NCBI GenBank assembly: GCA_903893795.1
Contig: CAITNO010000046.1
Location: 3,807 to 67,806 of the forward strand
DNA: 64,000 nucleotides
Direction: 5' to 3'
Source of the DNA: Candidatus Hydrogenedentota bacterium
Lineage (GTDB): Bacteria > Hydrogenedentota > Hydrogenedentia > Hydrogenedentales > CAITNO01
Shown here: positions 18,954-28,834 of the stretch, in pieces
How the letters are laid out: each line of letters begins with the position of its first letter
How positions within the stretch are numbered: position 1 is the stretch's first letter
Translations under genes and position numbers: made by a program
The notes under the pieces: model-generated
Told to the model about the DNA's origin: nothing
The model's input: only the letters and a program-made list of their open reading frames with translations
The model's database searches: none

Positions 18954-19841
18954 TCAGGCGAGCCCGGATGTGGTGTCTTCCGGGGCTTTCTCGGGCGGCG
19001 TGGCCACGGCGAGCGGCAGATGCTCAAAGCTGAACGCATCGGCCGCCGGGGGGGCCGATACGGCTTCCTTCGGCGCTTCCGCGACAAAGAAGGATCGTGA
19101 CGGCCGTTCCACCACCACCGGTTCCGGGACCACCTCCTGCGGTGTTTCCATGGCAACCGGGGCAACGACCTGGGGCGCTTCCACGATCACGGGGGAGGCG
19201 GCCGGTGGGGCTTTCACGACAGCCGCTTCGGGGGCGCTCTTGTCCATGCGCGTCTCCACCTCTTCCCGCAGCCGCTTCGCGGCCGCCTTGGCGTCCACCT
19301 GCGCCCCCTTGATCACCAGTTGCACCGTGGCGCGGTCTTCAAAGCCGACCGCCTTGCCCACCGCCTCGGTGACGCAGGCCGACACAAGCTTCGACGTCTT
19401 GTGCAGTCCCTGCTCGGCGCAGTCTTTCAAGATGACTTCGGCAATAACCTGAACCCGCTGGCGGTCCCGGGAGGGCTTGACGCGCACGCGCGCGCTGCGC
19501 ACCTCGGGCAGGGCCCGGATCACCTTTTCAAGATTGTTCTGGATGGGGGGGAGGGCAAGGATCATCTCCCCGCGGTCGGTGCGGAAGGACACCTTGTCGT
19601 TACGCGCAAGTTTTCGGAAGAAGAGACCATTAATTCCCGCGAGGACCAAAAGGGTGGCCGCAACCTGGCCCACCCGTTGCCAGTCGACAGAGCCCCCTTC
19701 GGCGAAGTAGGGCACGGTCAGCTCGGGGACTTTGTTCAGCAGTGCGGTGATGGTGCCGGAATGGTCAAACACCGCCATGTACAGCAGCATGCCCAGCAGC
19801 AGGATGACAAGGCTCAACAGTTTGTATACGAGCGTTCTCAT
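18954..19841 (-). CDS. Hypothetical membrane-anchored protein with Pro/Ala/Val-rich C-terminal region
   Basis: N-terminal TM helix, central Asp23/Gls24-like region, low-complexity PEAAVVKAPPAASPV tail. No confident family. Confidence 0.4.
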   Translation of the reverse strand: MRTLVYKLLSLVILLLGMLLYMAVFDHSGTITALLNKVPELTVPYFAEGGSVDWQRVGQVAATLLVLAGINGLFFRKLARNDKVSFRTDRGEMILALPPIQNNLEKVIRALPEVRSARVRVKPSRDRQRVQVIAEVILKDCAEQGLHKTSKLVSACVTEAVGKAVGFEDRATVQLVIKGAQVDAKAAAKRLREEVETRMDKSAPEAAVVKAPPAASPVIVEAPQVVAPVAMETPQEVVPEPVVVERPSRSFFVAEAPKEAVSAPPAADAFSFEHLPLAVATPPEKAPEDTTSGLA

Positions 19842-20026
19842 GGTTCTTCCTTTCGCAGTCCTGTTTATGACGGACTATAGGCATAATTCAGTGTAGCAGG
19901 TAATGGTTCCCGGTCCAACGGACATTTCTTGCGACCGTCCCGCGGAAATCGCCCCGAATTCCCCTGGGAAGGGGGAGTGTTATACTGGGCAGCAGGCTTG
20001 TACCGGGAAAAAGGAATGCAGACGCC

Positions 20027-21181
20027 ATGTATCGGCTGACAATAGTGTTGGGGGTGTGCGCGGTGGCCTTTGCCTTCGCCACCGCGGTGCAGAGTTTCCG
20101 CCTTTGGAAAGCGCAGGACGAGGCCGCGGCACTGCGCGGCGCCGCCGGGAAAACACAGCGGGAGGCGCACAAGGCGGAGACGAACGGCAAACGCGGGGGG
20201 CATGATTTGGACGAGGACTTTGCGAATACGGTGTCAAGCCCGACCGCGAAGGAAAAAGACGGCCGGGCATCAGATACGGCCGGGGAGGCGGCTTTCGGTG
20301 AAGGGGGAACCGAATGGAAACCGGGCACCTCCCTTGAAAACAAAAAGAAGCCGACCGCCGACCGGGACAAATCCGCCCCGGCCATGGACCCGGCCCGGGC
20401 CGGAGAACTGGTCCGGTCCGCCCAGGAACTCATGAAGAGCGGCAATGTCGACCCGGCCCGGGCGGCCCTGCAGCAAAGTCTGCGGGCGGACCCCAAGAAC
20501 GGCACCGCCTGGCATCAATTGGCGCAGATCGAACGGCAGAGCGGCAATGCCGAGGCCGAACTGAACACCTACAAGCAGTGGGCCGAGGCCCAGCCCGGCG
20601 AAAAGCTTGCGCGCTACCTGGCGGCGGAGGCGTGCATCCGCAACGGCATGAATGACCAGGCATTGAAATACCTGACCGACTTTCAGGAACTGGGCCGCGA
20701 CGACCCCCAGTCCAGCGCGATGGTCGCGGGCCTGTACGAGCAAATGCACATGCCAGCCGAACAGGGCGAGGTGCTTCGCCAGTGGGCCTCCACCGCGCCC
20801 GATTCCCCCGACGCGCACCGGGTGCTGGGCGACTATTACAGGCAGGCGGGGCAGTCCGACCTGGCCGTGGCCGAATTCCAGCAGATGGTCGCGCTGCAGC
20901 CCAACGACCCCAATCCCTACATGCAGTTGGGTAGCACCTACATGCAAATGGGGAAGACCGACGAGGCGCTGACGCAGTTTCTGACGGCGGTGAGCCTCCG
21001 TCCGAACAGCACCGAGGCGCTGACCCGTCTGGCGGGTGCCCAGCGCCAGTCGGGCGACACGCAGGGTGCCGTGGCAAACTACCAGCGGATTGTGGACCTG
21101 GAACCGGGCTCTCCGGTCGGCGTCGATGCCGCCCAGACCATTCAGAGCATCCAGGCCGAAGCGGCACCACAACGAAAATAG
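20027..21181 (+). CDS. TPR-repeat protein with N-terminal signal anchor
   Basis: Hydrophobic N-terminus. Multiple TPR-like repeats (…AWHQLAQIERQSGNAEAE…, …YMQLGSTYMQMGKTDEAL…). Confidence 0.6.
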   Translation: MYRLTIVLGVCAVAFAFATAVQSFRLWKAQDEAAALRGAAGKTQREAHKAETNGKRGGHDLDEDFANTVSSPTAKEKDGRASDTAGEAAFGEGGTEWKPGTSLENKKKPTADRDKSAPAMDPARAGELVRSAQELMKSGNVDPARAALQQSLRADPKNGTAWHQLAQIERQSGNAEAELNTYKQWAEAQPGEKLARYLAAEACIRNGMNDQALKYLTDFQELGRDDPQSSAMVAGLYEQMHMPAEQGEVLRQWASTAPDSPDAHRVLGDYYRQAGQSDLAVAEFQQMVALQPNDPNPYMQLGSTYMQMGKTDEALTQFLTAVSLRPNSTEALTRLAGAQRQSGDTQGAVANYQRIVDLEPGSPVGVDAAQTIQSIQAEAAPQRK

Positions 21182-21374
21182 GGGCAACCCCAAGTTTCGG
21201 GTGGCCGCGGCATGCCATCCCTCTTGGCCCCGAAGGGGTCACCCAATAGTAGCCACGGGCGTAGCGAAGCGGAACCCGTGGTCAACCGGAAAGAATGTCC
21301 CCGTCCCCAACGGGGGCGAACAGCGCCGGGCCAAACGCCAGCACGCCTTTTCGCGCCCTTTTCGTCGGCCCCTC

Positions 21375-22880
21375 TTACTTGCCCTCTTCAAAGGGCGCGA
21401 TGGGAACGGGACCAAAACTGCAGGGGGCCATGTCGTCGCCGTCGGTGATGTTGAGGATGGGATTCAGTCCCTGGCCGTAGGAAAGCTTGGCGGCTGGATC
21501 GATGGCCGCACCGCGGCACAGCACCACGCGGTTCGGATGCTCCGCCTCAAATTCGATCTTGAAGAAAAGGTCCCGCGCGGGCTGGTCTGGCAGGGTGAGC
21601 GTGAATCCGCTGGGGAGTCCCCCGGCGTGCAGCTTTCCCGCCACGTAGTTGAAGTCGACCTTGATCGTGGTCCGGTCGGCATTCCCGAAGCGCACCGCGG
21701 CCAAGTCGATGCCGGGCCGGTCGCCGTCGTTGAGAACATGGGGCAGGGCGACGCGGGCCATGCGCACGCCGAGAATCTTGTGGCCCTCCCAGCCGACGTG
21801 GATGCCGTCGCTCAGCGCCAGGTCGGCGGCGGGCACCATGTGCACACCCGGCACCTCGGCGGCGACGCGGCGCTGCTGCTCGCGCAGCCCGTCCCAGCGC
21901 GGCTCGGCCTCCCAGGGCATGATGACCACGCGGCCCAACTGGGCCGTGATGAAGATCATGTCCGGATTGTTGGAGTCGCGGCGGGAGCATTCGACAAAGC
22001 GCTTGAACCGGTCGTAGTAGGTGTCATAAATCTTGGGGTCGCCGTTCATGGCGTCCGACTCGCCCTGGTACCAAAGCATGCCGCGCACATGGCCGCCTGC
22101 GCGGACGATGCTGCGAATCATGTTGCCGTAGAGGCTGGCATCGCCCTTGGACAGCAGGTCGGGACTCCACTCCTCCAGCGAGGTGCCGCCGAAGGCCGTG
22201 GGGATGAGCCCCTGCGGGATGCCGGTCTCCTTGGCGAGCCAGGTGGCAAAGAAGGTGTCACAGCTTGCCCCGCCCCAGGGATTCTCCCCGGTGAGACTCT
22301 GCTTGGCCGCCTCGGCAAGTTGCTCTTCCGACTTCACGCCGCCGCGGCCCAGCAGCAGGTCTTTGATGGCCCGCGAATCGGACTCCACCAGCCGGTGTGT
22401 GGGCGGAACGCCCGGCTTCCACAGGCCGTCCATGCCGAGCGCATTGACCAGCGGGTCGGGGGCAAGCTTTTCCTTGATGGGCGCGGCGCCGGCCATGTTG
22501 GACTGCCCGGCAAGCACCCAGAGATCGCCGACGAGGATGCCGTCGTACTTGGCTCGCGCGAAGGTGGCGCCGTCGGCGTTCGTAGCCGTGACGCTAATGG
22601 TGTAGGGGCCGCCCGGTTTGAGATCGGCAATGTCGGCGCCCGCCTGGTCCTTGTTAAGGGCCGCATCGGCCTTCTTTTCGCCCGAGACCACGGGACGGCC
22701 GTAGCGGGTCACGCTGAAGGTGACGGTGGCGCCAGCGGGCACGTCCATGCCCAGGGGGGCAAAGCACGCGCCCATGTTGTCCGCGCCGCGCTGTATGACC
22801 TGGTAATCGCCGGCCAGCGGCACCGCCTCGGCCGCGCCAAAGCTGGCCAGCGCCAGCACCACTGCCATCATGGTTGCCAT
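21375..22880 (-). CDS. Sialate O-acetylesterase-like carbohydrate esterase (SASA/DUF303 family), secreted
   Basis: Signal peptide MATMMAVVLALASFGAAEA. SGNH-like GDLWVLAGQSNMAG motif characteristic of sialic-acid-specific 9-O-acetylesterases. The ORF-track start at 22967 adds an implausible 29-aa extension. Confidence 0.7.
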   Translation of the reverse strand: MATMMAVVLALASFGAAEAVPLAGDYQVIQRGADNMGACFAPLGMDVPAGATVTFSVTRYGRPVVSGEKKADAALNKDQAGADIADLKPGGPYTISVTATNADGATFARAKYDGILVGDLWVLAGQSNMAGAAPIKEKLAPDPLVNALGMDGLWKPGVPPTHRLVESDSRAIKDLLLGRGGVKSEEQLAEAAKQSLTGENPWGGASCDTFFATWLAKETGIPQGLIPTAFGGTSLEEWSPDLLSKGDASLYGNMIRSIVRAGGHVRGMLWYQGESDAMNGDPKIYDTYYDRFKRFVECSRRDSNNPDMIFITAQLGRVVIMPWEAEPRWDGLREQQRRVAAEVPGVHMVPAADLALSDGIHVGWEGHKILGVRMARVALPHVLNDGDRPGIDLAAVRFGNADRTTIKVDFNYVAGKLHAGGLPSGFTLTLPDQPARDLFFKIEFEAEHPNRVVLCRGAAIDPAAKLSYGQGLNPILNITDGDDMAPCSFGPVPIAPFEEGK

Positions 22881-23173
22881 AACGGTCCTTCCCTGTTCGT
22901 GCCACACCTGTGGTGCTGGTTCGTGCAAACCGGTAAGCAAGCCGGAGGTTCGGCCGCGCCCGGCCAAAATGTCTCGTCAAGAAAATGGGTGTTCAGTATA
23001 CACTTTCACGCTCCATGCGGTCCGGTGAACGACAACACCCAGTGACCAACAACTCCCAGACAGCACGGTTGTCGTTACGCATTTTCACTCATGATTTCAG
23101 TGCTGTGCCGAGTCTTCAAGTTATTTGATAATCCTCGTGCGGAAAGTGCACGATAGAAGTGGAGGTTTCAATC

Positions 23174-23797
23174 ATGCTGGTCGCATTGCTGATTTTTCTC
23201 GGAGCGTACGTTTCAGGATCACCCGTTGTTCAAATGCACCTGTCGGTGGATGCCGACCTGGCCGACCTGGACAAGGTGGCCGGGCTCTATCCGCCCAACA
23301 TCCATTCCGAGCAGGAAAGAAAGGAGGCGGAGCAGAAATACGACGCAGCCCTGGCTGCCGTAAATGTGGAACTGCAAAAGAAACCGCTGGATGCTGCGCT
23401 GTTGTTGAAACGGGCGCGAATTGAACGCATGGGGCACAATCTGGATCGGAAAGACGCCTTCAAGACGGCAGAGAAGGATCTGTTGTCTGTGCTTCAGCGG
23501 GAACCCAAGAATGTGGATGCGCTTGTGGAATTGGGCTCGCTTTACGTCAATAGCGACCCGAATCTCGCCCCAAAGGCTGAAACGCTTTTCAAACAGGCGC
23601 AGGAGGCGCACGGAAAGCAACCGTTCGAACCCGCCGTGTGCGGACTGTATTTCGCGTACTACTATCAGGGCCGCATGCAAGAAGCGGAGGATCAGGCGGA
23701 ATTAGTGGTCAAGACCTGGCCCACAGAGAAAGAGTACGAGCGGATACGCGAAATGATTAAAGGCGTGCGGGAACGCCTGAAGAAGGGCGAAAAATAG
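23174..23797 (+). CDS. Hypothetical secreted helical (TPR-like) protein
   Basis: ATG at 23174 lies 8 nt after ggagg. Signal peptide LVALLIFLGAYVSGS. No family recognised. Confidence 0.5.
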   Translation: MLVALLIFLGAYVSGSPVVQMHLSVDADLADLDKVAGLYPPNIHSEQERKEAEQKYDAALAAVNVELQKKPLDAALLLKRARIERMGHNLDRKDAFKTAEKDLLSVLQREPKNVDALVELGSLYVNSDPNLAPKAETLFKQAQEAHGKQPFEPAVCGLYFAYYYQGRMQEAEDQAELVVKTWPTEKEYERIREMIKGVRERLKKGEK

Positions 23798-23899
23798 ATC
23801 CCCTCGAAACGCGCGACGGATACAAGACGGCCGTCCCCCGGGCCACAATCAAGAATGCGGGATGACCGATCCCGGCCGTCCCGCATCGCATGCTCTATA

Positions 23900-24856
23900 T
23901 CAGTTGCACTCGGGCTCAAGCGGTCCGGCCAGTTCTTTCAGGAAGAATAGGCGGCCCGGCATGGTCGGCATGAAGGTGCTGGGAATCCACTGGGTGGGCT
24001 GGTGGTGCAGCGAGGCCCAGAGGGACATGCCCTGCCACATCATGCCGCGGCCCAGCGCGCCGTCGGCGCCGCCGATGCAGCGGTCGGACTGGAGGAAGAG
24101 GCCCGGGCCGACGGTGTTGGCGCGGGTCGGCACGAGCGTGGTGCGGCTCTTGAAACTGGTGATGGCGTTCTGCTCCACCGTCATCGGGCAAAGCTGCGCG
24201 CCGAGCCGGTGCGTGTCGGCTTTCCACGCGGCGAGGGTGGTGTATTCCTCGGCGAAGTGGGGCTCCCAGAAGGCAATGTGGCAGGCCCGGCCAATGCCGT
24301 AGACCGTGACCAGTTTGGCGCCCTTTTCTTTCAGCAGCTTGATCTGGGAGGCGTACTTGGGCAGCGCGTCGGGGGTGGCGAAATGGCGTTGCTTGGCCGG
24401 GACGGTGAGCTTGCCAAGCGGACCGTAGAAGGCCTGCTCCATGGCGTTCTGGAACGCGCCCGGGTCGTCGGCCGGAAGCGTGTTGCCCTCGGCGTCGCTC
24501 CACTCGTCCATGTTGAACCCGTGCACATGCTTGCAGTCCACATTCCACGCCTTGAGGAAATAGACGGCCCAGCGGTACATGCCCATCGGGCCGACGGGAA
24601 GAATGAAGGCAATCTGCTTCTTCTCGGCCTTGGCGTGGGCAATTTCCAGCGCGATTTCATGGCCCATCATGGTGTCGAAATCGGCCAGTGTTTCGCAGGC
24701 CACGGCCTCGAACTTCTTGCTCCACCACTCCTCGGGCTCGGCAATGGTCTCGGGCTTGCGCGCGCAGACCTCGTCCAGCTTGGCAAGATCCCACCCTTTG
24801 GGGAAGAAGGTTTCCAGCAGGGAGCCGGCGATGGTGGTCATGAGATTGATGGGCAT
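23900..24856 (-). CDS. Glucosamine-6-phosphate deaminase/6-phosphogluconolactonase-like protein (NagB superfamily)
   Basis: ATG at 24856 preceded by ggagga. Motifs [13 protein letters not shown] and [13 protein letters not shown] resemble the NagB/RpiA/CoA-transferase fold. Confidence 0.55.
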   Translation of the reverse strand: MPINLMTTIAGSLLETFFPKGWDLAKLDEVCARKPETIAEPEEWWSKKFEAVACETLADFDTMMGHEIALEIAHAKAEKKQIAFILPVGPMGMYRWAVYFLKAWNVDCKHVHGFNMDEWSDAEGNTLPADDPGAFQNAMEQAFYGPLGKLTVPAKQRHFATPDALPKYASQIKLLKEKGAKLVTVYGIGRACHIAFWEPHFAEEYTTLAAWKADTHRLGAQLCPMTVEQNAITSFKSRTTLVPTRANTVGPGLFLQSDRCIGGADGALGRGMMWQGMSLWASLHHQPTQWIPSTFMPTMPGRLFFLKELAGPLEPECN

Positions 24857-24953
24857 GGAAAGGTCCTCCGGGTTACGCGCGGGGCGCGGTTGGGCACGCA
24901 ATGGCGCGGTGTTTTCGGGTTTTGACGCATGGAATTCGCAAGGAACATCAAGC

Positions 24954-25250
24954 TTACAGTTTTTCACGCACACTGCGCACCTTGTCGTCCATGGTCTGTA
25001 GACGGTCGGTGCGGGTGCCCAGTTTCAAAATTGTGGAAATGCGCGGCGCGCCCATTTCGTGGACCACCTCGTGGCAGCGTTTCACGGCCGCCATGACGTC
25101 GTCCCACTCGCCCTCGACGTTTGTGCCGTAGGCGTGCAGTTCGGTCTTCAGGCCAGCGTCCAGCAGCACCTTCTCGCAGGCGGCCACGTAGGGGGACAGC
25201 GAGGTTCCCGCATTGAGCGGGACGATGCACAAATCAGCGATAACACGCAT
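24954..25250 (-). CDS. MTH1187/YkoF family protein (DUF77, thiamine/HMP-binding-like)
   Basis: [13 protein letters not shown]…[12 protein letters not shown]…[12 protein letters not shown] pattern of YkoF/MTH1187. ATG at 25250 with ggag RBS; the longer ORF to 25328 is unlikely. Confidence 0.6.
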   Translation of the reverse strand: MRVIADLCIVPLNAGTSLSPYVAACEKVLLDAGLKTELHAYGTNVEGEWDDVMAAVKRCHEVVHEMGAPRISTILKLGTRTDRLQTMDDKVRSVREKL

Positions 25251-25486
25251 GCCACAATCTCCAGTGCGCAATCCTCTGCGCGGCGACCATCTTACTCCGG
25301 TGCGCAAAACATGTCCAGCGCGGGGCAAAAGTAGACGCGGCGTCCTGCCGCGTTCCGGCGATGACTGGCGAGACGAAGCAGAAAGAGGCTGGAAGCCTCT
25401 TCTACGGGCTGCGCGGATTTTGCGTCCCCTGAGTGTGCTACGATGTCGCGGACAAAGGGACGAAAAGAACGGAGCGTAGGGCTATT

Positions 25487-26392
25487 ATGTCGAACAAGAG
25501 CGTGTTGATCACCGGTGCGAGCGGGTTTGTTGCGGGTGGCGTTCTCTTGCAGGCGCCGGAGGACTGGACGACCCATGCCGTATCGCGCGGTCCCGCGCCG
25601 GTGTCGCGGCCGGGGCTCCTGTGGCACACCGAGGCGGCGGACACGCCGGGCCGGCTGGCCGCGGTCATTCGCGAACTGCGGCCCGACGCTGTGATTCACA
25701 CGATTGCCAACGCAAACATCGATTACTGCGAAACCCACCGGGATGAAGTGGTCGGTATCAATGTCGATTTGTCACGCGAGGTGGCCGAGGCGGCGCAGTC
25801 CGTCGGGGCCAAACTGGTGCACTGCTCGACGGACAACGTGTTTGACGGCGCGCGGGGCCTGTACCGCGAGAACGAGGCGACGGGCCCGGTGAACTTCTAC
25901 GGCGTGACCAAGCTTCGCGCCGAGGAGGCGGTGCTGGCCGCCTGTCCGGGCGCGGTCATCGCCCGTGTGGCCATTGTCATGGGCCTGCCGCTGCTCGGCA
26001 AAGGCACCCCTTTCCTCGTGCGCATGGCCAACGCCGTGGCCGAGGGGCGCAAAATTGTCACGCCCCCCAACGAGGTGCGCACGCCCGTCGATGTCATTTC
26101 GCTGGGCCGGGCGCTGATCGAACTGGCGGAGAACGATTTCGCGGGTGTGATCCATCTCAGCGGCAGCCAGCGCATTGAGCGCGTCGAGATGATGCGGCTT
26201 CTCGCGCCGCGCATGGGGATAGACCCGGCGCTGGTGGAGCCCGGTCCCGCCGACAATCTGCCTGCACCTCGCCCGCCGGACTGCTCGCTCGACAATGCCC
26301 TAGCCCAAAGGGTGCTCAAGACCACCCTGCCGGGCATTCTTGAAGGGCTGGAACGCATACTCGCGTTTCGCGACGGGCGGCCGGTCGTTTAG
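25487..26392 (+). CDS. dTDP-4-dehydrorhamnose reductase-like NAD(P)-dependent epimerase/reductase
   Basis: N-terminal LITGASGFVAG Rossmann motif and YGVTK catalytic motif, typical of RmlD-like short-chain reductases. Confidence 0.7.
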   Translation: MSNKSVLITGASGFVAGGVLLQAPEDWTTHAVSRGPAPVSRPGLLWHTEAADTPGRLAAVIRELRPDAVIHTIANANIDYCETHRDEVVGINVDLSREVAEAAQSVGAKLVHCSTDNVFDGARGLYRENEATGPVNFYGVTKLRAEEAVLAACPGAVIARVAIVMGLPLLGKGTPFLVRMANAVAEGRKIVTPPNEVRTPVDVISLGRALIELAENDFAGVIHLSGSQRIERVEMMRLLAPRMGIDPALVEPGPADNLPAPRPPDCSLDNALAQRVLKTTLPGILEGLERILAFRDGRPVV

Positions 26393-26412
26393 GCGGATTC
26401 AGCAAAGGCCTG

Positions 26413-28677
26413 TCAGCCGACGATAAAGCGCAGGCCCCGGCAGTTTGTCTCGTTGTAGGCCTTGGCAACGAAATCGGCCACGGAGCGTTCCGAGGCATTT
26501 CCACCGGGCAGGGGCAGCCTGCTGATGGCGCCGCCGTCGAGCCACACATGCACCGCGCCTTCGGCGCGCACCCGTTCAAAGGCATTCCATGAGGCGGCGG
26601 GCAGGGCCGCGCCGGGGGTGTATTCCGCCGCCTGGGTGGCGGGATCGAAGTGGGCCGTCGCCGCGGCGCGGGGATGGCCGGCAAGGTCGAGCGACGCGAA
26701 GCGGCGGGCCGTGTCGGGGTCGCTGTTGGCCGTCAGGGAAAGTGGGATGCGGCGCTGCCGCGCCGTTTCCCGGCAGGCGAAGTGCAGCCGTTCCGCAATG
26801 CGCCGGGCCGTTTCGGCGCGTGCGTTGTCCCCCTGCGCAAGCAGGCCCGCGCACTCCCACAATCCGTCAACGGCAATCTCAAAGACCATGTCATCGGCCG
26901 CCACATAGGGCAGCCCGTTGTGTTCCGCGGCGAGCAGTCGGAGCGGACCATTGTTTCCGCGCAGCAGCAGTTCCTCGATGAACACGCGCTTTTCCACATG
27001 GGCCGCGGCGGCCAGGTTGACCAACCGGTCCAGTTCGGCGAGGAGGCCCGCCTCGTCCTTTGCGTGGCATGCCGCGCGGGGGAGATTGAGCGACACACGC
27101 TGGGCCACCACCCGCCGGGGCCGCCACGCCGGCGCGGCGGCTTCCCTTCCGGGTGTCCGGTCGAGCACGAAATCAAAGCTGCCGCGCACGCAGGCCAGAC
27201 CTGCGGCGTGGCGCAGAAAGTCGCCCGAGCCCGCCGCACTGAAGAAGGACCCGTCTATGGGAATGGTGACGGCCGGCTCGGGGAACACCAGCCCCTCCTC
27301 CTCGCCGTTGCGCAGGGTTTCCACCAGCGCCCAGGCGAAGCGCTGGGCGTCATGGGCAAAGCTGCCCCAGGTGCGCGCCGTCACCTCGCCGCCGGGACCG
27401 ACGGCATCGGCATTGCGCAGCGCGCCGGGCACGGACCAGCAAAGCTCGATTTGCGTTTCCGGCGTGGGGTTGCTGCGGGTGGCCGCCCGGTAGGCGGCCT
27501 CATAGGCCATCATCTGGGCCAGTTGCACCACTTCGTCGTCGGGCCGCTCGTCGACAAAGGGCGCGGCGAAAACGTTGAAGGCCCGCCAGCCCACCCGGGC
27601 CGAGAAGAAGGCGTCGAGCTGCGCGTCAAAGCGGGTCCACTGCGCGAGCAGGGTGTCGGGATAGGCGGGCGGCGCGGCAAAGGCCGTGCCGTCGGGGCGC
27701 TGCACGCCGTAACGGACGAGGTATTCGAGCGAATGGTCGGCGCCGTGGAGCCGGTCCACGCACTCCGCGCCGTGCAGGTGAATCGCGCCCGACAGGTGCG
27801 CGTCGGCCACGGCGGAGGAAAACACCTCGGCCAGCGCGTATTCCTTCTTGAGCGCCCGCGCGAGCGCGCGGTCCGTGGCGTCGGGGTCGGCCCCGGCGCT
27901 TTCAGGCGCGAGGCCGCGCAGGATGCGCGCCGTGTCATAGAGCGGCACGCCCAGGCGGCGGTGCCGGTCGCGCTCGCCGATGAGTCCGTGCTCGATGAGC
28001 CGCGCGCCGACCATTTCGCGCACGAGGGACGAAGTGAGCGTTTGAATGCCCGCGCCCGCGATTTGGCTTTCCACCTCCGCCGCCACCAGCTCGGCCATGT
28101 CGCGGTTCATTCCCGTTTCAAGGGCCAGCGCGTCCACGATTCGGTCGCGGTCCCACGCCGCAATGCGGTCGCCGGTCATGCGCACCCGCAGAAGCGCCCG
28201 GTCCAGCGGTCCAGGAGTGCCCCCGCTGCGCGCCTCCTTCAGTTCGCCCAGCATCGCGTCCAGATCGCCGTCGCGCAGGCGGCGTATGCGCGCGCGCCGG
28301 TCGCGGTGGCGCACATAGGCCAGCGCCGCCGGGATGTGACCCATCGTCAGCAGCACCCGTTCCACCGAGTCATGCACTTGGTCCACCGTGGGCGGACTGG
28401 CGCCGTGGATTTTGGCGAGAAAGATGGTGACGGCCGCAGCAAGCCCGTCGGCCTGGCCGCGATCATCCACGCCCGCCGCGCGGGACGCCTTGAAAATGGC
28501 GTCGGCGATCTTGCGCCGGTCGAACGGCTCGGTGCGGCCGTCCCGCTTGATGACGGCCTGAAAGGGCGCCCCGGCCTCGGCCGCAGGAAGTGGCAGGCTC
28601 ATCTGGGGGTCAAATACCCCCTCGCCCGAGTGTGCCTCGGGCAGCAGGGGCTGCTCGTTGTTTTCCGCGGGAATCAT
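26413..28677 (-). CDS. ATP-cone domain protein with large uncharacterised C-terminal region (~754 aa)
   Basis: N-terminal VIKRDGRTEPFDRRKIADAIFKASRAAGV matches the ATP-cone consensus of NrdR/NrdD/NrdA. The remaining ~650 aa show no glycyl-radical motif or other recognisable RNR motifs. ATG at 28677 preceded by gaagaggg. Confidence 0.55.
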   Translation of the reverse strand: MIPAENNEQPLLPEAHSGEGVFDPQMSLPLPAAEAGAPFQAVIKRDGRTEPFDRRKIADAIFKASRAAGVDDRGQADGLAAAVTIFLAKIHGASPPTVDQVHDSVERVLLTMGHIPAALAYVRHRDRRARIRRLRDGDLDAMLGELKEARSGGTPGPLDRALLRVRMTGDRIAAWDRDRIVDALALETGMNRDMAELVAAEVESQIAGAGIQTLTSSLVREMVGARLIEHGLIGERDRHRRLGVPLYDTARILRGLAPESAGADPDATDRALARALKKEYALAEVFSSAVADAHLSGAIHLHGAECVDRLHGADHSLEYLVRYGVQRPDGTAFAAPPAYPDTLLAQWTRFDAQLDAFFSARVGWRAFNVFAAPFVDERPDDEVVQLAQMMAYEAAYRAATRSNPTPETQIELCWSVPGALRNADAVGPGGEVTARTWGSFAHDAQRFAWALVETLRNGEEEGLVFPEPAVTIPIDGSFFSAAGSGDFLRHAAGLACVRGSFDFVLDRTPGREAAAPAWRPRRVVAQRVSLNLPRAACHAKDEAGLLAELDRLVNLAAAAHVEKRVFIEELLLRGNNGPLRLLAAEHNGLPYVAADDMVFEIAVDGLWECAGLLAQGDNARAETARRIAERLHFACRETARQRRIPLSLTANSDPDTARRFASLDLAGHPRAAATAHFDPATQAAEYTPGAALPAASWNAFERVRAEGAVHVWLDGGAISRLPLPGGNASERSVADFVAKAYNETNCRGLRFIVG

Positions 28678-28834
28678 GCTCTTTATGCCCTCTTCGGTCC
28701 CATTGGGGACCGGTCGGACAGTGTAGCAAATGACCTGGGGGCAAGCGAAGTTCAATGCCTGGAGGGGTGAATGGGGGTGGGAGGCGGTGCGCTCCGTTTT
28801 GCGTTGCAAAACTGCGGGCACCCTGCCTTTTCGG

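Noticed and set aside
21036-23045. 669-aa plus-strand ORF
   Set aside because: Antisense to the sialate O-acetylesterase gene, which has clear motifs and a signal peptide.
26650-28770. 706-aa plus-strand ORF
   Set aside because: Antisense to the ATP-cone protein gene. Arg/Gly/His-rich.
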